NCBI GenBank assembly: GCA_046563655.1
Contig: CM102286.1
Coordinates: 7,750,001 to 7,814,000, forward strand
DNA: 64,000 bases
DNA from: Yuukianura sp. NJ FZ-2021
Lineage: Eukaryota
Direction of reading: 5' to 3'
The notes beneath the pieces are model-generated. The model was not told the origin of the DNA. It saw nothing but the letters and a program-made list of their open reading frames with translations, and made no database searches. Every line of letters begins with the position of its first letter. Position 1 is the stretch's first letter. The position numbers and the translations under genes were made by a program. Positions 50,603 through 62,791 of this stretch are shown here, in pieces.

Positions 50603-53600
50603 TTACTGGCCGTATCTTTGTGGTTGTCTAACGGTTCTACCATGACGAGTAGTGACGATCTTCTCTTCAATCGGTGATTCTTCTTCCACAATAGTCGTCA
50701 GTTTCTTCTGCGGTTCCACTTCGACTTCCTTCGCAACTTCTTGTAGTGGCATCGCAGCTACTTCTGGTAGATCCAGTGACACTTCCAGTGGGTACAAACG
50801 TTGAATGGAGCGGAGTAAGGTTCCCACTGCAGTTTTCACTTTGACGACACGCTTGACTCCGTCCTTTCCCGGGATGATTTCAATGACCTTTGCCAATGGC
50901 CACTCGAGTCTCTTGACATTGTCACTCCCGATGATGACGATGTCGCCCATTTGGATTTCCCGCATCTTTGGCTCTTTTCCGCGTTGAACCAGGAGAGACA
51001 AGTACTCCTTCCTGAATCTGGACTTGATCTCCTCACGAACACGGGTCAGATGACGGAACTGTTTCTGTAGTTCAGGTTCCTTGGGTATGACTTGATCGAC
51101 TTCTGGAAACTGAACTTCTGTGATTTCTTGTAGGAACATGGCTGGTGTCAGGGCGATCAGATCTTCAGAATCCTCAGTGACACAGGTTAGGGGACGAGAA
51201 TTGACGACTGCTTCTGCGTCACACAAGCAAGTTAGCAATTGTTCATAATTTAGTACTCGTTTACCCAAAATTCTTTTGAGGATGTCCTTCACTGATCGAA
51301 TCAGCCGCTCCCAAAATCCTCCCCACCACGGAGATGCTGGAGGATTGAATATCCACTGGATCCGCTTGACTTGGAATTCCTTTTGTATTCGGACCCAGTC
51401 GAGATTAGCAAAGAGGTTGTCTGCTCCTCGGAAGTTCGTTCCATTATCGGAGTAGACTGTTTTGACTCGACCTCTTCTGTTGATGAATCTCTGGAAGCCC
51501 AATATGAAACATTCGGTACTGAGTGACGTTAGTAGCTCCAGATGAACAGCACGGTAGACTGCACAAGTAGCTAGTAGGATCCAAACCTTGTCACCACCCT
51601 TGAGGTACATAGGACCTGCTAAGTCTACGCCCGTCACTTCAAACACTTTGGTAGTGTTCACTCGTGCCCCAGGTAATGTTGGTAGTCCAGTGTCGGCGTA
51701 TGGTTTTGATTGAAAGCGACGACACTTGACACATCTTGAAACGATCTTGCTGACTGCCCGTCTCATCTGGAAGATCCAAAATTTCTCACGGAGTTTTGAA
51801 ATGAGAAACTGAGTTCCTCCGTGACTATTTTCCAAATGAGCTTCTCGAATCAGCTGATCTGTAAATAAATGAGAATTGGGTAAAATTAGTGGTAGTCGGA
51901 AACCAATCGTGTCGTCACGCTCCAGAAGTCTTGTTTTGAGTCTGAGGAGACCGTCAGCATCACGAATGATATGAATTCCTTTGATTATGTCTCCTGACTC
52001 CGGAAATGCTTCTGACTGGACTAAGTGCACAATCTTGTGTTCCGCTCTCTCCAATTCTGGAACCGTCAATGGGCCATTGATTCTTCTGTCCTTTGGACTA
52101 GTAGAGTTGTGAATGAATCGAAGTATGAATCCCATGACGTTAATGTTTTTCTTAAGTGATGAGAATCTTCTGAGGAACCATGGAATGAGAATTTCTGTAG
52201 CAACTGCCGATGTGACAATGCACTTTTTGAGTTCCACATTCACTAAATCCCGATCTGGAGTGAAACTTGAATTCGGCCAGTGCTCCTTCTTTTCCTTTAG
52301 CCATTCGGGTCCTTCCCACCATTTGAATTTTTGTAGTTCTGATGCCGAACATCCCCTTGACGGCAAATCTGCTGGGTTTAAGGTGCCTGGAACGAAACGC
52401 CAATCCTGTGAATTGGTAATTTTTAGGATGTCCCTCACCCGGTTCCCAACAAATGTCCCCCAACTGTTGTCTCCCTGGATCCATGCCAAGGCAGTAGAGG
52501 AGTCGCTCCAGAACGTAGTTTTGATTGAAGACAAGTCCAAGGCGGTTGCCACCGACTTCGTCAGCCTCGCCCCAATGAGACATGCCATGAGTTCGAGGCG
52601 AGGAATGGAAATTGCCTTAATTGGTGCAGCCCGGGATTTTGCTTGGAGTAAATTGATGTTGACTTCCCGCTCGTTTTCACATCTAAGGAAGACGACTGCC
52701 GCGAAGGCCAGTTTGGAAGCATCGCAGAAACAGTGTAGTTGCCAAGTTGACTGGTCTGAGATTCCCCCCGTCACATTTCTTGGAATTTCAATCTCGTTGA
52801 CGGCTCGTAGATCTTCCCACCATGTCATAAATCTTGAGCTGAACGTCTCCGGAAGCTCCTGGTCCCATCCAACTTTGCATGTCCAAGTTTCCTGAAGAAT
52901 CATTTTTGGAAGAACTAGAACTGGGCACAAGTATCCAATGGGATCGAAAATTTTCTGGACACTGGAGAGAATGACCCGTTTTGTAATTGTCTCTGGTGGA
53001 TCACTCTCCTGAAAATCAGAAAATAAAGTGTCTGAGATTAGATTCCACTTCATGCCAAGTACTGGAGTCGCAGTTAACTTGTAGGAGTGACTACTGCCGG
53101 GTTCCAATCCGCACTCCTCGCCAGTGGACGAGTCGACTCTGGAACCCTCCACAGCAGTACACGCCCACTGCCTAAGCTCCATCTTAGCTTCACCTAAAAT
53201 TTCAGTGGATTCAGATTTAAATTTTTGAAATTCTTCCATGGAGTCCACGGAAGTGATACAATTGTCTACGTAAAGACCACGGAGCAAATGAAGTGCTGAC
53301 TGTTTCCGATGGTCCTGAATTTGAGAAATGTGGTACTGGATCACAGCGGCGAGTAGAAATGGGCTCGAATTTACTCCGAACACCACTCTCTTGTGTCGAA
53401 ATGTCACTTGTCGCTCACTGTTGTCACTTTCCCACCATAAAAATCGCAGAACGTCCCTATCACTCTTCTGAACTTCAATCATGAGGAACGCCTTTCTGAT
53501 GTCCGCTGTTACTCCAATTTTCTTGAGACGGAATCGCATCAGAATGGCAGGTAGAAGTTCCAGTAGGTTTGGACCTTTCTCCAAACAATCGTTGAGTGAC

Positions 53601-55924
53601 GGTGAACGACCGCTACGACAAGAAGCGTCGAATACTGGACGAATCGGTGTGGTGAGGCTTCCAGGCTTGATGACTGCACGATGTGGAAGGTAGTATGCAT
53701 TGTTTTTGACTTCAGAATCCGGAACTACTTCAATGACGTCTTCCTGTAGCCAGGATTGAAAAACTTGGTCATACAATTGATACATACCCTTTGACCTCAA
53801 TTTGGCAGTCGTGTTGTAGAGCCTCTTTTCTGCCACAAAGCGATTGTCGGGAATTGTTTGAACGCCTCCGATCCACGGTAGTGCGACTGAGTAACGTCCA
53901 TCTCCGGAGCGAGAAACAGTAGATTTGAATTGGTTCAAGGCCAATTCCTCCTTCTCCTCCTTGGACTGAGCCACTGCCGGGTCTTGAATACCGAGGACGT
54001 CAAGTTCCCATAATTTTGAAACTTCGAAGTTGGAGACAAGTAGAGATGTGACAGTCATACCCACGGTTGACTGTGAATTGAGAGCTCCTACCAATGTCCA
54101 TCCAAACTTGGTTTCGATTGCTGAAATTCCATTGCTCAACTGCTCAATTCGACCTGTAAGTAAAGAACCATAAACGTCAGCGCCGAGCAGCAACTCTATC
54201 TCTGGGGTTCCGCTTCCAAGATCACCAATCCAAATGTTTTTGTCTTTCAATTCTTGAATCCATGCACCAGCTGACAAACGTGGAATATTTCCGCAGATTT
54301 GGTCATGGTCCAGAACGTTGATGGCTTTTTTGAATTGATTCTGGGTCCCCTCCAGGTTGACTTCGTAACTGACGTGTGTTCGACTTTCTGTTGAACAGCC
54401 AAAAAGAATGTGACGGAGTTGAACGGATCCCGTTGGTTTCAAATTCAGCTTCTCCGCCGTTGATTTTAAGATGTAGGAGCGTTGGGATCCGCTGTCGATG
54501 ATTGCTCGAACTTTATGACGTTTCCCTTGTCTCCATACGTTGAGAAGGAGAGTCTGTAGAATGACACGGTTTGAACAGTCAAGACTGGAAAATGCTGACT
54601 GTGTAGATTCATTGGTCTTCTCTTCCTTCTTCTTACTGTTGCCGACATCTGCACACATGACAGTAGGATGTTTCTTTTGGCAAATGAAGCACTTGACTGC
54701 CTTTCTGCAATTTTTCGCAAAGTGCCCCACCTTGAAACATTGACCACATGCTTTCTTGGCTTGAATTCGGCTTCTTCTTTCTTCCAAGGTCAGAGTCTGA
54801 GCCTTGAAACAATTTTGAGTATCATGAGGTTTGTCGCAGAAGAGGCAAAGATTCGACTTCTGTTGTTGACCGGAAAATAATCCTGCAGCGGTCGGCATCT
54901 CTTCGCTCAATTCAGCCGGAGCACCCTTGCGCTCATTTTTGGATGGCTTTTTTGAATTACTTGAAGTGATTCCGAATCCACTTTTGGCCAAACTTCGTTG
55001 TTCTTCGCCTTCGACCTCGTGTCTGAGAAAGGTCATGAGGAATTGAAGCTCGTTCTGTGGTGGTGAGTCTTTGGATCCATCTCGACCGTAGTTACTGCTG
55101 CGTTGCCAGGCTGTGAGAATGTCATCAGGCAGACTGGATTCCACCATGGGATAAAGAAACGTAGCGGTTTGGTCACTGGTAACCCCTAAAGACTCAAGTG
55201 CACGAAGGTGAGTTTCAAGTCGATCATAAATTTTGAGTGGAGTTACTTTGTCACGTCCCTGAATTGAATTTTCAACAACCATCTTAAGTAACTCACGGAC
55301 GTAGACTTGTTTCAAAAGTTTCTCCCTGCCAAATCGCCTTTTCAGTTCCTCGATCGCCTTTTGGTAGTTTGCTGCTGATTGTGGGAAACTGTCAATGACG
55401 TCACGAGCTTTCGATCCTTCGACAGTAGACTGGTAAAGATACTGGAACTTGTCTCCGTCGTCGATGTCTGGATCTTCGTGAATTTTGCCGAATTGTGCCC
55501 AAAATCCAAGCCACTCCCTCAAGTCCCCATCAAACTTCTTAATGGAGATCTTGGGTAACTTGTATTTCTTCTTTGAGTGGGTGTCGGCACTTTCGGAGTG
55601 AGTACTGGAAGCTGAAATAGGAGTGTCACGAGCAGCTGATCTCAGGATGCTGCATTTGATGGTGAGATACTTCTTCTCGTACTCAGCCATACTCTTCTTC
55701 TCTTCATCCAGTGCTTCGTCAGTGACATCTGATTTTGCCATCAGAGCATTGAAAATTTCAGTGTCCAGGTCACGAATCTTCTCCATTTCATTATCCATCA
55801 TTTCCAAGTTGACATGGAGTAAGATCTGATCAGGAACTGGCGTAGCGAGGATAGCGTTGACTTCATTGGTCAAATTGGTAAGTTGACGACGATGGACTCC
55901 CCTCTCTCGAACTTTGTTAGTCAT
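50603..55924 (-). CDS. BEL/Pao gag-pol polyprotein, 1773 aa
   Basis: KLPKISIKKFDGD gag domain, three Cys/His knuckles, protease DSGSQ, RT ADIRKAF..YVDN, RNase H FCDAS..WSDS..NPAD, integrase H..H..CVKC and VDLAG/SDNG/WE. Confidence 0.98.
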   Translation of the reverse strand: MTNKVRERGVHRRQLTNLTNEVNAILATPVPDQILLHVNLEMMDNEMEKIRDLDTEIFNALMAKSDVTDEALDEEKKSMAEYEKKYLTIKCSILRSAARDTPISASSTHSESADTHSKKKYKLPKISIKKFDGDLREWLGFWAQFGKIHEDPDIDDGDKFQYLYQSTVEGSKARDVIDSFPQSAANYQKAIEELKRRFGREKLLKQVYVRELLKMVVENSIQGRDKVTPLKIYDRLETHLRALESLGVTSDQTATFLYPMVESSLPDDILTAWQRSSNYGRDGSKDSPPQNELQFLMTFLRHEVEGEEQRSLAKSGFGITSSNSKKPSKNERKGAPAELSEEMPTAAGLFSGQQQKSNLCLFCDKPHDTQNCFKAQTLTLEERRSRIQAKKACGQCFKVGHFAKNCRKAVKCFICQKKHPTVMCADVGNSKKKEEKTNESTQSAFSSLDCSNRVILQTLLLNVWRQGKRHKVRAIIDSGSQRSYILKSTAEKLNLKPTGSVQLRHILFGCSTESRTHVSYEVNLEGTQNQFKKAINVLDHDQICGNIPRLSAGAWIQELKDKNIWIGDLGSGTPEIELLLGADVYGSLLTGRIEQLSNGISAIETKFGWTLVGALNSQSTVGMTVTSLLVSNFEVSKLWELDVLGIQDPAVAQSKEEKEELALNQFKSTVSRSGDGRYSVALPWIGGVQTIPDNRFVAEKRLYNTTAKLRSKGMYQLYDQVFQSWLQEDVIEVVPDSEVKNNAYYLPHRAVIKPGSLTTPIRPVFDASCRSGRSPSLNDCLEKGPNLLELLPAILMRFRLKKIGVTADIRKAFLMIEVQKSDRDVLRFLWWESDNSERQVTFRHKRVVFGVNSSPFLLAAVIQYHISQIQDHRKQSALHLLRGLYVDNCITSVDSMEEFQKFKSESTEILGEAKMELRQWACTAVEGSRVDSSTGEECGLEPGSSHSYKLTATPVLGMKWNLISDTLFSDFQESDPPETITKRVILSSVQKIFDPIGYLCPVLVLPKMILQETWTCKVGWDQELPETFSSRFMTWWEDLRAVNEIEIPRNVTGGISDQSTWQLHCFCDASKLAFAAVVFLRCENEREVNINLLQAKSRAAPIKAISIPRLELMACLIGARLTKSVATALDLSSIKTTFWSDSSTALAWIQGDNSWGTFVGNRVRDILKITNSQDWRFVPGTLNPADLPSRGCSASELQKFKWWEGPEWLKEKKEHWPNSSFTPDRDLVNVELKKCIVTSAVATEILIPWFLRRFSSLKKNINVMGFILRFIHNSTSPKDRRINGPLTVPELERAEHKIVHLVQSEAFPESGDIIKGIHIIRDADGLLRLKTRLLERDDTIGFRLPLILPNSHLFTDQLIREAHLENSHGGTQFLISKLREKFWIFQMRRAVSKIVSRCVKCRRFQSKPYADTGLPTLPGARVNTTKVFEVTGVDLAGPMYLKGGDKVWILLATCAVYRAVHLELLTSLSTECFILGFQRFINRRGRVKTVYSDNGTNFRGADNLFANLDWVRIQKEFQVKRIQWIFNPPASPWWGGFWERLIRSVKDILKRILGKRVLNYEQLLTCLCDAEAVVNSRPLTCVTEDSEDLIALTPAMFLQEITEVQFPEVDQVIPKEPELQKQFRHLTRVREEIKSRFRKEYLSLLVQRGKEPKMREIQMGDIVIIGSDNVKRLEWPLAKVIEIIPGKDGVKRVVKVKTAVGTLLRSIQRLYPLEVSLDLPEVAAMPLQEVAKEVEVEPQKKLTTIVEEESPIEEKIVTTRHGRTVRQPQRYGQ

Positions 55925-56131
55925 CTTTGGACCTTAAAATAACTCAGCAGAAAGTACTGAATTAGAAAATGGTAACTTTCTAGAAGATAACCGGAACGTA
56001 TTCACCTTAAGTACCCCCGAATGCTCAGGGTAGGGCCCACAAAGTGGCAGGACAGAAGGTGAATGATGAACTTGATCCGATCCTGTAGTCTCCTACGGCT
56101 GTCTGTTACCTCCGCTCAAAGGGTCACCAAA

Positions 56132-56484
56132 TAATAAAAGCACTGACTGACTTTTAAAATGTGGACTACTCGACTTCCGGTCCGAGTATCCTCATACACA
56201 ATAATTGAGAACTCAAAGAACTCAGAGAAGAAGACGGAAGGTGTAAATGATTATTAATTTTAATTACTTGAATCAATCAAATTACACCAATGAAGTGAGA
56301 GCTCAAAACTTATATCCTTACTGCTCCACTTCTTCCTATCAACTTATACTTATGAAAAAATGTATCTCTTGGTTAGGATTCTGACAAATTCAAAAGACAA
56401 AAAGAAACCTAACCGACAAAAATGCTATTTTAAAATTAGAGCCCTTCAGGCTCCTCCCATACAGAAAGTCTCACATTTCTAACA
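56132..56484 (-). repeat. 5' LTR
   Basis: Direct repeat of 50135-50487, followed on the minus strand by the PBS. Confidence 0.97.
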
Positions 56485-59400
56485 GAGCGATAAGGTGTAT
56501 GATGAGGACGCTGATGATGATGACTTGGAGCAATGATCCTCGAGGTCTCAGGCGCTGTTACATACGAATACAAAGCCAGAGAAAGTTAACTTTGGGCTAA
56601 GGATATAACAGTGTTGTATCTACTAGTAGTGCCCAGGACAGTTCCAAATTTGTAAAAATAAGCGAATAGGAAAAAACCTAAAGGAGAAGAAATTTGGAAT
56701 GGGAGACAGGGACAGGGCTGGAGCGAGTGAAAGTAAAAGTTTCGTAGAATTTCTTAGAATAGGGAAAGACGTGATGCGAATTTGGGTGACAGATTTTAGT
56801 ATTCTGTTCCTGAATTTGTGCCTCCTTTGAGCATGGACACACAGGGCAAAGGGACAAAGGAGAAAGTTTCATTCGTTAAGGCGCAAAGGAACGACCAGAG
56901 ACCCTTCATCTTCCCTTCAAGTTTTCCACGCTTGACTTTGTATGTCCTCTTTCATCAAAATATTGAGCACGCCTGACGTCTACATACAAAGCAGTTGGAA
57001 ACATGGAAAGTGAAAGAAAATGTAGCAAAAAAGAAATCCCTTCCGCCCATGACTCAACGTTACTAATGAAGTCGCAACTTTCACTTTGTTCCATTCGTCC
57101 AGTAGCGACAAAAATAGCTATTGCACAACTTCACGTGTGCAACGCGAATTTCGTCCAAAAATTTGGCAAATACGCAAAATGTTTGTGATTTTGTCACCGG
57201 TTTTAATTTTCTTCGATGAAAGTATCCTCAACGGTGAAAAAAGTAATGTAAGCTTAACCTTTGGTAAAAAAGAAGCATCCGATTGGTTCTAAAAATGATT
57301 TTCTAAAGTGCAAAAAGTTCAACAGGTAAATATGTCTAAAATAAGTTGACGCAACATTGTGTTCTTGTCGAGTATGGCTCAAGTTTATGGAGCAATGGAT
57401 ATGTTACCATTTGGTATTTGAGCAATTTGGTTTGAACATTTCATGTTGAACCAATGGTATGACTGGACCAAAGCAGCCTCTCGGACGCAGAGTAGCCTCA
57501 TTAGTGATGTGTTTTTGATAAGGAATCCAGAGAAAGGAAAATGGAAGAAGGGATTCTAGTTAGTTTGGGATTATGAGGAAGGCATTCCCCAGACTTCCAC
57601 TTTCTCCAACTTTCTCCCACGGCGTACCATTGCAATAGCTTTCCAGAAGAGCCAAAGTAGGAGCTTTTGTATTATTCAACGTTCGCCAGGCAGAGACTTA
57701 ATGCATTCCTCCCTCTACGAACGTCATTGATCTCAGGGTATTATATTGTATAATACAGTTTCCTAATCTTAGGCACGAAAATGCTTCTGCCTAGCATCCT
57801 CCACAACTTTCTTCTTAAAGCTCGGATAGAAAGACTAAAACTCTTTGTGATTAATGAATGTTTCGTTCGGAGGAAGGTCTCAAATGAGTCCAGGCGAAAT
57901 CCAGCTCATCATCTATTTTCATTTCCATTTTCTCTCTACTACATTATTATACACGTGTCATATCCACTATTCAATTTCATTTCCGAAGAATTATGTTTCT
58001 CTTAGAAAGTGTGAGAGACGTGGAGGAAAGTTGGGCTTATGGAACCCGTACGTTGCTATTCTACGTAGAGTTCCGTGGTTTTCTGTTCGTCGTTCCGTAA
58101 GAAAATTTAGTAATCACGGTAACATATTTACTGAAGCACTACTACATCCCCCTTTAGCTTCATTCGTTTCATAGGAAAGTAAATATTAAATTAAGTCTCT
58201 CCTTCTTCATTAGCTTCCATTCTACACGGGTTTCGGCGTTCTAAGAAAGCTGAGCTAGACTCTGCATCTATGACATTCCCAGAATGTGTAGAGACGAACG
58301 TAACTAAACTTACCTAGTAAAAAAAAAGCACGAGCTTCAAAAAGAAGCATCAAATGCAACGAAGTTCTTTACTTTATGGTTTCAGAATTCATGAAGAAGA
58401 ACTTGGTTGTGTGTAACAAAAATTTCAAAAAAAGAGGAATTCAAATTATGAAAAACTCGGCAGATCAAAGGGAAATGAGTTGAGAGTTGTTTTTTTTTGC
58501 AACAAAGGCTTGAGAATTTCAAAAAAAGCAAAGTATTTAAGATTCTTTTGAAGTTGTTTAATTTAGACTCCTGGGAACTACTTTTTTTTAAAACTTTTGT
58601 TGAAAGTAAGTAAACTTTTTTTTTGCTTTTTTTTAAAAAAGGGTAAGCAGATGATTACATTTGATTCTCATATTGTCAAAGGAGTAAAAAATTGGTTTTG
58701 AGGGGAAGTGAGATTTTCTATGAATTACAATTTTGGAAACAAGAAAAAGGGCCAAGTTCAGAGGAATAAAATCCGAAAAAAAATTCAAGTCACCCCTTTT
58801 CCATCTGTATCTCATGTAAATATTCTCCTTTTACACAAAAACCCGAATTCGGGTGAGTTTGGGGAGATCCGTAGCCTCTTTTTTGTGAAATCTCTCCCTA
58901 CTTCTTCCCAAAAAATTTCTCATCCATGCAATCCAATTCATTTCCAAAAAAGCAGAAAGGTGTTTACCTTATTTCACCCAAAAACTTAAGTACTATGCAC
59001 TACACCTTTACTTTAGTACGCCTAACCTTTACTCTTTTTTTTTCAAAATTCTCTTTTTTTTTGGAATAAAAATGGGTTTATCATCCCATTGTAAATAAAA
59101 GCACAAAACCAAACCCTTTCCCGCTTTGCTTACTTTGTATCCAATGTTCCCCCTGCGTGAGAAACTTTTTTCCAAAAAGCTGAAGGGTTGAATCGAAGAG
59201 ATTCAAGTTTTTAGCCCAAAATGCTAATTAGAAACCCACTTTTCTTTTTTAAGTTTTTCAAATCCTTTTTCATACCAAAAATAAGGAATCATTTATTTCT
59301 CAGGCATGTCAATACGGTTGCTCTTCGATTCCCGTTTTTAGGTACTTACAAGTTATGAGCAGCGTAAAATCTGGAAGTCTTTTGTTCATAGTCACTGAGA

Positions 59401-61255
59401 AGATTTTTTTCACCCAAAAAAATCCCTGGGAATGAGTGAGAATCGATAGAAAATTTTCGAATTTGAAACGCCACCTTTTACTGTAGATGATTTTTCCTCG
59501 CCTACCCCTTTTGGGGTAAAATCCTATGCGAATTTTCGAGGCTTCTGGAAATCCAAGCCTTCAGTAGGCAACTTCCTCAGTTTGCTTCTCATTACCTCAC
59601 TGTATCTAAAAATCTCAGGGTCTTCAGAAGAAGCAAAAATTCTTCAAAATTTAAAATTTTTGAAAAAGTTCAGAATTTCAAAAACTTCAAAATTCTACAA
59701 ATTGTAATTTGCATTGCTACCGAACATGAGTTTCTCATATTGCCCTGCCAGACGCCAGTAGTTCAAGCAAACCAAGGTCAGAAACTTTTTTAACTAAAAT
59801 TATATTTTAGGTTATACTCTTGCGAAGACTTGGCGTGAATTTCACCTAAATTCTAACTCTAATTTTTAACTTCGCAGCGAAGTAGGACGAAAAAAAATTT
59901 GAAATTGACAAAAACTTGCGTTTCTTTTAAAGAAAAAAGCGTGAGCTGACGCCAATTTTCAATGTAGATTCAAAACTCTTTCTGTAAGATATTTGTAAAT
60001 TATTTAAACTAGGTTAGGCTTACAGGCTAGGATGTAACGATGTATACACATAACATTAGTTTTTTTTTTTGTAGAATTTTGTTTTCGTGTTATATACTGT
60101 AAGTTTTACTTTTGTGTTATTTTCTAAACTAAAATTCTGTTTTTGTGAAAGTTGTTAAACTTTTGTTGGTAGTTTAGAATTTCACATGGATATAAGCGTT
60201 ATAAAGTAATGGATAAAATTTTTGTAAGAGGGCTATTGAACTCAGATTTTTTAGACTCAGTAGAATGAATTTTTGAAACTAGTCATTATTTAGGCTGTCA
60301 CTATTATTTGAAAGAAAAAGTCTCTATCAGAAAAGTTGGAGAAAGAAATTTCGTCGTAAGAGAGGAAGAATGGAATACATAAAGAATTCTTCTAGAATTG
60401 CACAAAACTTTCTCCAAATTCAATTACCCTATGTTCCATATAGTACCATCGGAATCTATGGCCATTTTTCTGGAAGTTGAAGAATAACTTAAAAGCGTAG
60501 TAGATTTCTCCATCATTCTTGTCCCTTACTTTAATCGTATTTTCTAATGGAACAAATTTTTAGAAAAGAAAATATATCCTCTCTCCTCCATTCCAAAATG
60601 TATTTATGTGGGTGGAAATTGAAAAGAAGAAACTTTTTTTTTCAAGTTTTAACTCTCACATACTCCTACTACTATCTTCTTTCTATTCAATTTCTGACTT
60701 TTCGGCTTCATCTAAAAGTAAAGTTTAGAAGAACCTATCAAAAAAAGTATTTTCTTCGAATATTCCCATTTCCTATTGTCGAATTCGCTTCACAGTAGTG
60801 GAGAGTTTCCATTAGAGTTTCAGCGCAGAAGTTTGAACCTCTTTCTCCTTTGTAAGTTTCATGGAAAAACGAGAACAATGAATATCGTTCTTCTTGTTGA
60901 AGATTTCCAGAAAAGGAAACATTTCCTCTGTCCAAAAAAAAGTATTTTTCAAAATTGAAATTGTAAATGTTATCAGTGAGTCAGCACTTCCTATTCATCA
61001 GTTTTGACGCTGGAAATGTTTTCGCGTCTTGCTTTTCTGGTCTTCTTCAGAAGCCTATTGATACTACTTTGTCCGGCTGTCTGTCTGTTTTTGGGGTAAT
61101 CAAACGGCTTTTTATTAACATTGTGCGCAACACCTTACACTAAGAGCACAAATTCGGGTTATAATAACAATGAATATTTAAATTTTGCTTTGCAATGTTG
61201 TATTGCAACCTATTAATTTTCTAGAATGCTTTTTAAATAGTATTTTACAAAGAAC

Positions 61256-62791
61256 TTAGTACAGTTCTGTTGGAATGGACTGCGGCTGGTTAAAGAAATT
61301 GTTAGGGTCATATTTCTTTTTGACCTCAACAAGACGTGGAAGGTTCGTTCCATAATAACGTTGCAAAGCATTTTCCAATCCTGTATCGACAAAACCTGGA
61401 AAAGAAGCATTGTGATCAAAGATTTCTTTTCCAACATCAAAGAATTTGTTCAAATATCCTCCAATTTCATTATGAAATGTTGTGTTTCCCAAATCTTGAT
61501 CACGGTGTTCAGCAACAATGTTGTAAAGTGTTCCAGTTCTGTGTACAAATGCAGTTGCATCATTTGGAATTTCATTTATTGCTCCTCCGTAAGCTTCAAA
61601 AAATATTACAATGGCTCTCGGCATTTCGTCAATGAGTTTGTAAAATTTCTGGATTCCAGCTTCATCAATTTCCTTATTTACATAAAATACTTTTTGTTGT
61701 CGAAAAACAATATCTTTCGATTTCCGTTCAATTCTTTTCAAATCCGAAGGCACATCAAGAGTGTATCCAGGAGAAAACAGTTCCAGTGCAAAAACTTTTG
61801 CACTCCGATACATAAATTCTTCATGTGACAAAAATTCTTTGGATTCTTTTCTATCTGGCGGAAATTGTTTTGAAATTTCTTCAAAATTATCACTTTGTCC
61901 AGTTGAATCTACAAACACCATGTCGATCCTGTCTTTGTAATAATCAAATTCGATTGCCAAATCTTTTGGAGCGGTGAGCACAATACGTTGCCACACGCGA
62001 AACAACTCTGGAAAACGTTCAGGCGTATAAGTCAGTATTCCAAGGAAAGTTGGATCTGGAGCGGGATAAATTTTGAACACAAATTTTGTAACAATTCCAA
62101 ACGAAGAAGCTACGCCTCCGCGTAGAGCCCAAAATAAGTCCGAATTTTTATGTTCATTGACGACTAATGGCAGACCTTGAGCTGAAACCATGGTCATTTC
62201 AATAATATTGTCACTCATCAATCCATATTTTCTAACGTAGAAACCAACTCCACCTCCAGTAGCTGCTCCAGCGACTCCCATAGTTGGGCAAACTCCGTAT
62301 GGCGTAAACACTTTACCTTGTTCCCAAAGATCCCAGGCCAATGGTGAATTTAAATATCCCGCCCCGATAGTAGCCGTCATTGTGTTTTTATCGATTTTCA
62401 ACATTGTCAATTTTTTGACATCGACAATTACAGAGTTGGCGTCACCGAATGAAAATTTTTCCAGGGAATGTCCACCTCCTTTTGGAACAAGGCGAATGTT
62501 AAATTCTCTTGCGCAAATTACAGTTGTCATCACATCTTGGTCGCATTCGACAACAATGTAGGCCATTGGGCACTTGTTTCCAAAATTTGCTTGCCATTGG
62601 TAGTTCAATTCTTTGTAAATTTGAGGAGAATCCTTTTCAGTCACAATGCTGGAAGGTTTCACGCCAGCATTAGTTAGGCAAGTAGCAAACAAACTGTAGT
62701 CACCTTGGCTTGGACTTGCTCTGGTTGCATAAATTGTTACTCCAAAATTATACAAAAGTGATACGAGAAGGCTGGTCAAAGCTAAAACCAT
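61256..62791 (-). CDS. Secreted FAD-linked oxidase, berberine bridge enzyme (BBE)/AA7-like, intronless, 511 aa
   Basis: Hydrophobic N-terminus, KGGGHS (FAD-linking His), GVCPTMGVAG (second FAD-linking Cys), GGGVG..RKYGL.SDN, DLFWALRGG..SFGIVT, and C-terminal YYGTNLPRLVEVKKKYDPNNFF..PQSI. Confidence 0.93.
   Translation of the reverse strand: MVLALTSLLVSLLYNFGVTIYATRASPSQGDYSLFATCLTNAGVKPSSIVTEKDSPQIYKELNYQWQANFGNKCPMAYIVVECDQDVMTTVICAREFNIRLVPKGGGHSLEKFSFGDANSVIVDVKKLTMLKIDKNTMTATIGAGYLNSPLAWDLWEQGKVFTPYGVCPTMGVAGAATGGGVGFYVRKYGLMSDNIIEMTMVSAQGLPLVVNEHKNSDLFWALRGGVASSFGIVTKFVFKIYPAPDPTFLGILTYTPERFPELFRVWQRIVLTAPKDLAIEFDYYKDRIDMVFVDSTGQSDNFEEISKQFPPDRKESKEFLSHEEFMYRSAKVFALELFSPGYTLDVPSDLKRIERKSKDIVFRQQKVFYVNKEIDEAGIQKFYKLIDEMPRAIVIFFEAYGGAINEIPNDATAFVHRTGTLYNIVAEHRDQDLGNTTFHNEIGGYLNKFFDVGKEIFDHNASFPGFVDTGLENALQRYYGTNLPRLVEVKKKYDPNNFFNQPQSIPTELY

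Larger units (their letters stand above)
50135..56484 (-). mobile_element. Full-length BEL/Pao LTR retrotransposon
   Basis: Two 353-bp LTRs that appear identical, 5-bp TSD GAGCG (50130-50134, 56485-56489), PBS TGGTGACCC next to the 5' LTR, PPT AAAGAAAGGTGGGAAGA next to the 3' LTR, and a single intact ORF. Confidence 0.98.

Noticed and set aside
50805..55829. Antisense and alternate-frame ORFs within BEL (e.g. 52113-52895)
   Set aside because: Shadow ORFs of the polyprotein.
12826..61040. CTGANGA motifs as hammerhead ribozymes (e.g. 12937, 15330, 46968, 48325)
   Set aside because: None showed a proper stem II followed by GAAA and stem III.
7483..62791. NOS plus BBE oxidase as a biosynthetic gene cluster
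   Set aside because: They are 49 kb apart with rDNA and transposons between, and there is no sequence evidence of linkage.
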